Source: Nageia nagi
Taxonomy: Eukaryota > Plantae > Pinophyta
DNA: 64,000 nt
Direction of reading: 5' to 3'
NCBI GenBank assembly: GCA_050084985.1
Contig: JBITNC010000001.1
Coordinates: forward strand, 48,980,001-49,044,000
Shown here: positions 34,324 through 45,462 of the stretch, one piece after another
How the letters are laid out: each line of letters begins with the position of its first letter
Numbering within the stretch: position 1 is the first letter of the stretch
Program-made: the position numbers and the translations under genes
The notes under the pieces: model-generated
Databases searched by the model: none
The model's input: the letters and a program-made list of their open reading frames with translations, nothing else
Told to the model about the DNA's origin: nothing

Positions 34324-37079
34324 TAACTATCTATTTGCTTCTGTTGACATATGATCGAATTGAAAAATCTGTTCTGTACTATACGAATCCGCAAGGACGT
34401 GGATGCAGAGGGACCTAATTTTTTGCTTTTTATATTAGCTGAAAGAAAACTCTGTAAAGCATTAAATATATTTGTATCTTCTATAGTATGACATAATCAT
34501 ACAAATTGAGCCCTTCAATATGCAACAGCGAGGTGCTTCTCGGAGATATCTAAATCCATGTTTCTGTTTCATCAATTGATATATATTTTCATATTTCAAT
34601 TGCATTCATGTTTTACTATGCAGAATGTTTGGGTAGAGCCCATGATTAGTGTTATATACTGTCATAGTGAGAAAATGCAGATACCATCATATATCCTTGA
34701 AAATTGTCATTTTTCTATGTGAGATATACAAAACTGTATAATGGTGATGATTTATTTCCTGTTTATGTAACAAGCAATCTATAATCTACATCAGTTCAAA
34801 TGTTGGTTATCATACTCCATTGATGATTTGAACCACCTCGTGTGCTTTGCAGCAGTAAATGGTAGTTATGGGCCTTATCATAGAGGGGCAAGAATTCATC
34901 CAAAGATAATTCTCTGTTTTGGGGCTCAGTCTTGATCATCTTGCTGGATTGTTAGAAAACTGGATTCAGGTTTATAAACTTTGTATCTGTATAAATGCTT
35001 GTAAAATCTAAATTCAACATTTCTCCTCGGTGAAGTGTAACCAAAGCTTTTGCGCAAATACAATTGAACTGAGTTGAGAACATACGCTTTGTACTAAGTT
35101 GTCCGACTTTATTAATTGTTTATATGAACTGATCCCAGTAGCATGTTGGTGGTGAAGTAATGACAAATCTGAACCAAGCATTCTTAAAGGTTTTGAAAGT
35201 TTATTAACAATATTCTTACATTTATTGTTTTTAGTTGATATGAAGAATGTTTGTTGTTGTACCAAGTGTTACTATGTAACACTAAATTTATTCAACTTTT
35301 AAGTGAAATGAATGTTAAATACATGTAAATGAATAATTGAAAAAAAGGATGGGAAACTTGCTACTTGGACAACTTCACGTCGAGTGGAGGGACATGGTCT
35401 TCAAAATCTCTACCTTGCATACACATTCAAAGAAGTGGGTGCCTATCCAGATCTATAGATGAAGTGGACAAGAGATCCGACTGAGTGTAATGACGTTTCT
35501 TAAAAGCACACGATGAAAAAAGTGCGAGTACAAAATGTTCTTCCTTCAAATTGTACCTAGCTGGTGACTTGAGGGATTCTTGCTATTTCTCTATTTGTGG
35601 ATGGAAATTTTCAGTATGACCCGATATTATAATTTTGTCGAAGAATGGAACGGTCTTTTGAATCGACATCTATATGGCAAGAGACAATAGCCAACAGGGC
35701 CATATTGACAAAAAAAAAGCCTATAGCCATTGACATTAATCTGCGTTAACAAACGAATATGCACAGGTATTATCCTCCAACAAGAAAAACACGTCACTCA
35801 GCACTTCAATACAATTCAGCTCAAGCATGGTGTCACATTTGCAGTCTCCCTAGCAGGAACGTAACAACTTCCTTCACTTCTCAACCATCTGATCTTCTTC
35901 ACATCGTACCGATCATCAGGTCATGTGGATTAGAGCCAACGTGTAACCATGATGCAGAAAGTTGAACCTTCGACCCTGTTATCTCCACTTTCCACGTAGA
36001 TGTCCACATGACCATCCTTACCAAGCTGGAGTGAGAACCTAAACGAAAAGTTGCATCTTGTCCATGAAGATTACTACATTTTCTTCTACATCATGCCAGT
36101 CCATTACTTGATTATCTCTTTCTAAAGCAGCTAATATTTTCTTTGATCCTTCTTTGCTTTCTACGTAGTAGTCATGATATCAAACCACAGGGAAAGAAAT
36201 CCTGTAGGCATTAGAATTCATGTTTGTCCATAGCTGTACCTTTTCCGTAGTCCTCAGCATGGGAACCTATTATTCTACTTTCTGATCAATGCACATACAA
36301 GTCAAAAGAGAATCCCATTTTAGGAACAAAAATATCAGTTCTTAGAGATGTTAGACCCCAAAAAGCTTGGCAAATCACATGAATAGTCTTATGCATGCGA
36401 TGGAAAAATTATTCCAGCAAAACTTTGATGTTATATGCAGCTAGGACATTGTGATCGAATCTCATTATTCAAATTCTCTTAATCACTTGCACTACTTTTA
36501 GTAAATAGGTGAAAATGATGCAATATCTGCGCAATCATGACTTTCACGTATGCATTGTCGAAGTGAATGGAGCCTTGGTCGATCTATTTAACAAGCATCA
36601 AATTTGAATTTGAACAATATTGGAGCCATCTTGAACTGCCTCTGCAGCCTGATTGATTGAATGGCTTTGGTACCACATGTTGAAAGGGCCGTAAGGTTGA
36701 ACAAATTCCATTAACTTAGTAAACACTCCATGTTTATAATAGATAACCAATTCCTTTGCCTTCCTCTACCTAATCAGAAATTGTGGGTGTTGGCGTATAC
36801 ATGTATCCGACGTATTTGTGGGAATGATTCATGTTGGATGTACATAGGAGGAATGATGGACGTAGTAAGAGAAGGTGCGCGAAAAGAACAATGTGACCTG
36901 GCAAAATAAGGCTGTACAAAGAACGACGTGAGCTAGTTAGAAAGCATTTAAGAACAATATGAGATGCTGAGACAAGGAATCAGCTAGACAATCCATAGCT
37001 TCAATAATGCATTCAAATCTAATAACCCTACAACACAGAATCCTAGATGAACACATGATGGGTAATGCATATTCTGCAA

Positions 37080-37594
37080 CTTTATGGTTGGGAAGTTCTC
37101 AGCAGATGCAAATATGTTACATATTCTACAACTTTATGATTGGGAATTTTCGAGGAAATATCTCAGACCTACAATATCGTGGAATGCAATGATCACAGGA
37201 TACACACAGAACCAGTGTGGTTTGGAGGCCATGAGTGCTTTTAGATGTGGGTTTCTTTCCCATGCATTTGTGATACTAGTTTTGGTAGGCATGTATTCAA
37301 AATGTGGGAGCATTAAGAAGGTAAACGTTTTGTTTGACAAGATACATAATAGACAAATAATTTTGTAAAATGCAATGAACTAAAATTTCACCATCATAAT
37401 GAGAAACTAGCAATTGCTTTGGGGATGTTAAGCACATCCACTTGGCACAACCATTCAAGTTGCGAGTACGTGGTAACTGCCACTTTGCAACAAAGTTTCT
37501 TTCCAAAGCTGTTGCACACGTAATCGTTGTAAGGGATGCCAACTGATTTCATCACTTCAAGGATGAACACTCTGCATGTGATGTTTATTGGTGA
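37080..37594 (+). pseudogene. PLS-class PPR-DYW pseudogene fragment, unit 1
   Basis: [72 protein letters not shown]. Confidence 0.88.
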
Positions 37595-37864
37595 TTGATT
37601 AAAGGATATGTGTTGTAAAAATGGAATAAAGCTTTTTCTAGCAAATAATGTATTTTAGCAAAGTATTTAATTACCATGGTCCTATAATTGTATTGTAGGC
37701 AGGCAAGGATCAAGCATAATCTCTTTGGGAATTCATCCCTACTAGTTAGACTGCAAAAACCTTTGAATCTTTTTTTTCTCTCTCTCCCTTTATGTATATT
37801 TTGAGCCAAGAAAATAAATACATGTATGATACATATATTATATATTGAACAAAGAAAACAAATG

Positions 37865-38794
37865 TACTCTATGCAGGAGGGCGTAACAATGTATAGAAAA
37901 ATAGTAAGTGATTGTATTTGTGACAAATGTTTTGATAGGTATGTATTGTAAATTTGAGAACATACATAAAGCATGTGTACTGTTTGACAAAATGCAACAG
38001 AAATATACAATCTCATGGAATGCAATTATCATAGGATATGCATAGAACTGGCTTCATGAGGAGGCTCTAGACGTTTTTGAGGAAATGAGATGAAGTGGTG
38101 TTCCACTAATGAATTCATCTTTTCCAGTTTTGTATGTGCCAATGCATCATCATTGGAAGAGAGTTGATATGCATTGACAAATAATAAAGACTTGTTTTCA
38201 TTCTAATGTTGTTGTGATGACTCCTTTGATGGACATGTATGTTAAGTTTGGGATCATGCATGTGTCCCATGAACTATTTTAAAAAAACTCAACAAAGAGA
38301 CACCATCTCATGGAATTTAATAATTATAGGATATGCACAAATTATACTTTATAAAGAATATGAAAATCTTTTCAATTAAATGTAGCATACAAACACAGTC
38401 TCATGGATTGCAATTATTGAAGGGTATGCATAGAATGGGTTTCTTGATGATGCAATCAATTTTTTGATGAAATACCTTAAACAATATACTATCATGGAAT
38501 GCAATGATGATAGGATATGTATAGAATGAGTATGGTTTGAAGGCCCTCAAGTGCTTCATAAACAATTTCATGGAATGCAATGAATAATTCTTCACCATCA
38601 TCATGAGAAACTAGTAATAACACTTGGGTTGCTAAGCACATCCTCTTGGCACAACCATTTGAGTTGTGAAGAATCTTCAAATATGTGGTAACTACCACTC
38701 TACAACAAAGTTTCTCTCCAAAATTGTTGTAAGGGATGGCAACCATTTTCACCACTTCAAGGATGGACAATGTTCATGTCGTGATTGTTGGTGA
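37865..38794 (+). pseudogene. PLS-class PPR-DYW pseudogene fragment, unit 2
   Basis: Several SWNA/S.I.GY motifs, [30 protein letters not shown]. The stop lies exactly 1200 bp after that of unit 1. Confidence 0.88.
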
Positions 38795-39237
38795 TTGAGT
38801 AAATGATGTTTGTTGTGGAAATAGAGCGAATCATTCTCTAGCTCAAATGATTTATTTTAGCAACGTCTTTCACTACCACATTCTTGTAGTTCTATTGTAG
38901 GTAGCCAAGGATTCTAGCACAATTTTTTTGGGAATTCATCCCAATCAACTATATTACAAAAACCTTCAAATCTTCCTTTTTTTCTTTTAATATTTAATTT
39001 TGATACACACACACACACCAAGAAAATAAATGCAATTAAGAGACATATTAAATATTTAACCAATAACATAAATACAAAAAATAAAATTACTTTTAAGTCA
39101 TTACTTTATGGAGGGGGGGAGTAGACATGCATGGAAAAATAGTATGTATGCTAAGTTTGTGAATATACAAAAGGCCTATGTACTCTTTGACAAAATGAAA
39201 CAAAGAGACATAATCACATGGAATGCAATGATCATAA

Positions 39238-41056
39238 TGTTAGAAGAAGAGAATTCCAATCTACAAGAAAAGTAATTTCAATAGAATTGATTGGCCTAAA
39301 GGAATCCTTTTGACATGCTTCACCTTCATGAACCAACAAATACCCTACTAATTAGAAATAATCTAACGAGATCAATCGACACCAAGAACACCAACCAAAT
39401 ATAAAATCAAGGAACAACCAATTAAAGAAAAAATCTAATTAGTTAAACAACCGATGAATTATTTATGGATTAACATGAAGGATAATGGATCGATGCATCC
39501 TTTTCGAATTGACATGAAGACATATAAGGGAAGTCCTAACAAGTTATAGAAAAAAGACTTGCATATGATAGAGGAAGTGTACAATTATATAAAGAGATAA
39601 AATATATGAGAATACATGTCGACAGAACTTAATTATAGGAACAAGTCATTCTTAGTGTATCAACAAAAGCTATTGTATAATGTATATTTGATTATTAATA
39701 AAGATTACCCCCTTTTATAAATTCTATATATCTTTCCATTATTCCATTCAACATTTCTATTTCTGTTAGTATCTTTATGATCTCGTTTATAGGAAAGAAA
39801 CCAATCGACCAAATTCTTTTCAATAATCAAATCGATCTATGATTTTTTGTTAGGAATTCTAAAAATCAAAGATTTAAGATTCCTATAGAAGTGCTGAGCA
39901 AGAATCGTAAGAGGGGAAGGCATCAAGGGGCGGGAAGTGCATAGGAATGATGAGGGGAAATTAAGAGTCGTTAGTGGTCACAAAAGGCATCCCAAAGATG
40001 GAGATATGAAAGGATGGATAATGGTTCAATATGAGTGTATAAAAAAGGAGATATTGAAAAAGAAAAATAAGGAGAAAATGTTCCACATAGGATATAAGAG
40101 AAGAAGAAAAAGAATGATATCAATTGACGATTTACCATTTCTAAAAATAGAGGTGAACTACAATGAGATCAAGAAGAATGAGAAAAGTATAAGCATATGA
40201 AAAAAAGAGGAAAAAACCAAGAGATAATGCTGAGATAAATCCATAAGGATCAATGGAAAACTGAGAAAACCATCAAGCAAATACTGACTGATGATTTACC
40301 ACCACCAGAATTGGAGATGAGCTACTATGAGCTAAGAAGAAAAAGAGAAATATCCTAGAGATATAGTTAAGATAAATCCATGATGGTTTTTTTTTTTTTT
40401 TTTAGCATAGTTGACTACCAATGTTATATGAATTAATGAATCCTTCATAATAGTTAGGAAATACATTGACTCCTCCAGATAAAACAGAACCTCTCTTCCA
40501 TTGTTGTGATTTAGTGAAGTACATAAAGATTTCCTTATCAAAATGATGTTGACTTATCCAAAGAAATGACCATGAGAACCCTCATTTACCACATACTCTC
40601 CCTATCCTAAAACTAGATAAGAAAAGTCTTGAGGATAAGCCTTGGATTTAAGTTGGGGAGAATGTTAACATGAGAGAATTTAGATTGACATACCAAAAAA
40701 AAAATTCTAATATAATTAATCAACCTAAATAAACCTATCAACCTGATTCACCTTTGTAAATGAACAAAAACCTCATCGATAAAAATAACCCAACAAGATT
40801 GATCAACACAAAGGCCACCAACCAAAGACAAAATCAAGGAACAAGCGATTAAAGGAAAACTTTAATTAGTTAAACAACTAATGAATTAGTTATGGATCAA
40901 AATAAAAGATGATAGATTGATACATCATTTTATAATGCTATGAAGACATATAAGGGAATCCACAACTAGTTCTAAAAGAGATACTTGCATATGATAGAGG
41001 AAGTATATAAATATAAAGAGAGAAAATATGAGAAATACATACATACGTACGAAATT

Positions 41057-41088
<32 letters not shown>

Positions 41089-41156
41089 TACATACATACA
41101 TACATACATAATACATACATACATACATACATACATACATACATACATACATACAT

Positions 41157-41249
<93 letters not shown>

Positions 41250-41470
41250 GATAAATATGTCGATATAACTTAGTTATAGGAATAAGTCATTCTTAGTGTA
41301 TCGGCACACACACACAAATATTAATAAAGATTATTCCCTTTTTATAAATTATGTCTATCTTTACATTATTCCATTCAACATTTCTATTTACGTTAGTATT
41401 TTTATGATCTCATTTGTAGGAAAGAACCCAATCGACCAAATTCTTTTCAATTGTCAAACTGGTCAACACA
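39238..41470 (+). mobile_element. Small non-autonomous LTR element (LTRs ~39238-39841 and 40663-~41470, ~0.8 kb non-coding interior)
   Basis: Diverged direct repeats both start TGTTA. TTGAGGATAAG..AGTTGGGGAGAA tail/PPT precedes 40663. Candidate TSD CATAA/CATGA. The host PPR sequence resumes after it. Confidence 0.75.
41035..41245. repeat. Compound microsatellite (ATAC)n + (AT)~42
   Basis: Directly visible in the sequence. Confidence 0.97.
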
Positions 41471-43168
41471 CATGAAATACATAAAACTCTAGGTTCACGA
41501 GGAGGCACTAGAGTTTTTTGAGGGAATTCAATGAAATGGTGTCCCACCTAATGAATTCATCTTTTTGAGTATTGTTGCTTTATGTGCTAATTGATCATCA
41601 TTACAAGAGCGTGTTGACATCCACTAAAAAATAATAAAAGTGATTTTATTTTTGTGATGACTACTATGATAAATATATATGTTAAGTTTGGGATCATGTA
41701 AAAGGCCCATGAATTATTTGACAAAATAAAATAAAGAGACACCATCTCATGGAATTCAATGATTATATGAGATGCCCATATTGGACTTCTTAAAGAAACT
41801 GAAAATATTTTTGAGGAAATACAACATACAAACACAATCTCATGGATTGCATTGATTGGAGGGTATGCACAAAGTGGATTTCTTGATGAGGTAGTGGAAT
41901 TTTTTGAGGAAATACCTCAAATAAATATAATATCATGGAATTCAATCATCATAGGATATACATAGAAGGTATGGTTTGGAAGCCCTCGAGTGCTTTCAAA
42001 TGTGGGTTTCTTTTGTATTCATTTGTAATAACAACCTTGATAGACATATATTAAAAATGTGGGAAGATTAAGGTAAGTATTTTGTTTGAAAATATGTATA
42101 ATAGACAAAAGATTTCATGGAATGCAGTGGAAAAATTATTCACCACCATAGCAAGAAAAGTGGCAACAACCTTGATAGACATATATTCAAAATGTGGGAG
42201 GATTAAGAAGGCAAGTATTTTATTTAACAATATAAATAATATACAAACAATTTTATGGAATGCAATGAACAAATTATTCACCATAATAACAATTGCTTTT
42301 GGGATTTTAAGCACATCCTCTGACATAACCATTTGAGTTGTGATGAACCTTGGAGTATGTGGTAACTACCACTTTGCAACAAAGTTTCTCTTACAAATGG
42401 TTGCATGGGCAATTGTTGTGAGGGATGGCAACTATTTTCACTACTTCAAGGATGGATAATGTTCATGGGATGATTATTGATGATTTAATAAATGATGTTT
42501 GATGTGGAAATGGAACAAATATTTTTCAAGAAAATGGTTTATTTTAGTAATCTTTCACTACTATGGTTTGTAGTCATATTGTAAGAAGATTAAGATCCAA
42601 GTATAATCTCTTTGGGAATTCATCTTAACTAGTTAGATGGAAAAACATTTTAGACCTTTCTTTTATATATATCTATATATCTTAATAAAAGGTGCAACAA
42701 ACATGACTCAAGAAAAATTTACTTCACTTTCGTAGGTAAAGAGATAGACATACTTTTATTGGTTTAAAAACATGCATAAGGAAAAAACTTAATGAAATTT
42801 CTTCTTTATTTATTTAATTTTATTCACACAATAAGTGATGAATATATTTCCATTTGTTTTGAATTAGGTGAAAGGAAAAAATGATTAATAAAAACTTTTT
42901 AAGTGTTTCCTTCTTTAATCACATTCACATGATAAGGGTTTTTAAAGGCCAATAATAACCATTGCCTTATTATTTTATGGGTAGATTATAACCACTTTCT
43001 TTGGTAAAATCACTTAATTATTTTGCATTTTTATACCTTTAAGATAATGTTTTGATAATCTTAAGATGATAGTTATCAACCGCCCTCATAGATATTAATG
43101 ACAATGATTTTCAAGGTAGTTCTAGTTCTAAATCATTGTTGTAGGATTCTAACCTTTTATTTACTCAA

Positions 43169-43650
43169 TACTCTATATAGGAGGGTGTAAGCATGCATGG
43201 AAAAATAGTAAGAAGTGTTTTTTATTTGAATGTCATCGTGACAAATGTTTTGATAGACATGTATGCTAAGTTTGGGAATATATAAAAGGATTGTGTATTG
43301 TTTGATAAAATGTAGTAGAGAGATAATCTCATGGAATGTATTAATTATAGGATATGCAAGATTTAGATGTTTTTGAGGGAATGCAACAAAATGGTGTTAC
43401 ACCCAATGAATTAATCTTTTCCTGTTATTTTTCTATGTTCCAACTCACCATCATTGAAAGAGGGTATTGACATACATCAAAAAATAATAAAAAGTGGTTT
43501 TCATTTTGATATTGTTATGATGACTCCTTTAATAAATATGTATGTTAAACTTGGGATCATGCATAGGGCCATGAACTATTTGAAAAAAATGTAATAAAGA
43601 GACATCATCTCGTGGAATTCAATGATTACAAAATATTTCAGATTGGAATA
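43169..43650 (+). pseudogene. PPR pseudogene fragment, truncated unit 4
   Basis: Same unit start (TACTCTAT..GGAGGG.GTA..CATGCATGGAAAAATAG). NVLIDMYAKFGNI and GVTPNELIF. Ends before the DYW region. Confidence 0.82.
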
Positions 43651-43725
43651 TCATTTTAATTTTGAAACAATTATCATAACTATTTTATTTATTTACTAAG
43701 TTTATTTCAAAATAAGGTAATAAGA

Positions 43726-43962
43726 TTTTTTTTTTTATATGTTGGAGTTTGTCCCTGATACAGGGCACCATGAACTCTTAAGCTTAGAGCTACGAATGAG
43801 GGGCATGAAATGCCATCAAAATCCACTAGGGGCACGATCCTCGCCTCATCCGCACCTACCATCAACTCGATAGGATTTTAGGTACAATTCAACTGTTAGG
43901 GCAAAGAGTTTTGAACCTAGGCCTCCCATCTGAGAGCTTTGAAATATCCACCTCTCCAACTC
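43726..43962 (-). mobile_element. Probable tRNA-derived SINE
   Basis: GC-richer ~240-bp island. On the minus strand: A-box-like AGTTGGAGAGG, B-box-like GGTTCAAAAC (43908-43917) and an A11 tail (T-run 43726-43736). No TSD resolved. Confidence 0.45.
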
Positions 43963-44225
43963 TTCTATTCGTCAATTCATTTTATTTTATTTATTTACTA
44001 ATATTGCATAAGATTATTTTATTTTATTAAAGATTTTTAATAATTTATTTCAAAAATAATTCTTTTATTTAAAAATGTATATATAATGAAGTGATTTTAG
44101 AGTTTTGATTTTTAAAGCAAAAATTGCAAAAAAACTAAAAAACCATTCGCTCAAACTACAAGTAAATTTAAAAAGGGATACTTTTGTCATGGAAAGTTAG
44201 AGTTAAGCTGTCACCTACATTCTCG

Positions 44226-44586
44226 TTGACCAGTGGGGCTTGTTGACTATCCTATAGAAATAAATGACTATCTCATAGAAATAGTTCACGTGTAAATTAT
44301 TAGTACTATCGGCTGAGAGTGGTTTTGATGAATGGTACAATGGTATAGTGGTTAGGAATCTGTATTAAAAACAAATTGTTTATGGTTTGAATTCTTGCAA
44401 TCATTTTTGAAAAAAGAAATTCAAAAAAATCCGACACTTGAATTTTTTTGACTATATATTTTCACTATTTATGTAGATAGTCAATAATTTCCGTAAGATA
44501 GTCGACTATTTATATAGGATGGTCACCTATTTCTATGTGATAACAACTAAATCTGTGGAATAGTCAATGGATCCCACAAGTGACAA
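44226..44586. mobile_element. Foldback MITE-like element with long imperfect inverted arms
   Basis: The left arm TTGACCAGTGGGGCTTGTTGACTATCC..CATAGAAATAG matches the reverse complement of the right arm (..CTATTTCTATG..ATAGTCAATGGATCCCACAAGTGACAA). Arms are built of ~20-bp GACTAT subrepeats. Confidence 0.6.
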
Positions 44587-45462
44587 TTTTCTATAGCCGG
44601 AATGACAACAAGGCCGAGGAAGTGAATAGTGTGGCAACAAAAATATTTCAACGTTATTTAAAACTGTAAGTAGCCAACGGTGTAGAGAGTATCAGCAGGA
44701 TGGTATTCCAAAAGTAAGCCGCGTAATGCATTATGATGGAAGTCGCTGATAAATATCGGTATAAAGGAATTCACTGGAACATTAAATGCTGGAGAAAGCA
44801 GAAGAAAATGGGAAAGAGGGCCGTTTAATAAAAAAAAAATCCTTCTGACCAAGGAGCAGTGGAGTTAAGAAATGGAGAGTTTATTTGTTCTGTATATTCA
44901 AAATGTAGTCTCTTGAAGGTAAACTTGAGCTGGTTTTTGCCAAGGTAAGCTCTGCTCCCAATTATTAAAATAATTTAAGTGTAGTGATTTAGTTTATTGA
45001 ATTGCATCATAAAAATATTTAATTTATGAAAAAATATTTTATAGATGTATCTTTTATTTTAATTGTTACATTAAAATTTTAGAGAAAACATTTTAATGAA
45101 GTTAAATAGTTATTAAGTTACATTACAGAAATATTTGTGGAGAGATATTTTTATATATGTGAGATGTTACATAAAATATTTGAGGAAATACTTTAATGTG
45201 GCTATTTAAGGTTCATTTAAGGAAAAATTACAATTAGAAGTATTTATAAGGTAAAAGGTTTATGTAAATACTTTGAATTGTAGATTTAATTATTGAAATT
45301 ATAAATAGGAATATTACGAAATATTCAACTATGTTAAATTTATTATGTTTTTGAAAATTTACAACTAAGAATATTTGTAGTATAAATGGTTTTAATAATA
45401 CTTTATGATCTTACCTTCAAGTTAATTATTACAACTTAAAAATATTTTAGATAAAATATATA

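Larger units (their letters stand above)
39102..42483 (+). pseudogene. PLS-class PPR-DYW pseudogene fragment, unit 3, interrupted by an LTR element
   Basis: Same unit start. PPR motifs at 39120-39237 and 41471-42270 (ISWIALIGGYAQSGFLDE, DIYSKCGRIKKA). DYW remnant ends GAT TAT TGA TGA. Confidence 0.85.

Noticed and set aside
40925-41161. ORFs rich in MYVC repeats
   Set aside because: These are translations of the (ATAC)n microsatellite, not genes.
44335-44400. tRNA gene
   Set aside because: A/B-box-like motifs are present, but there are no acceptor or anticodon stems. Kept only as a tRNA-like relic.
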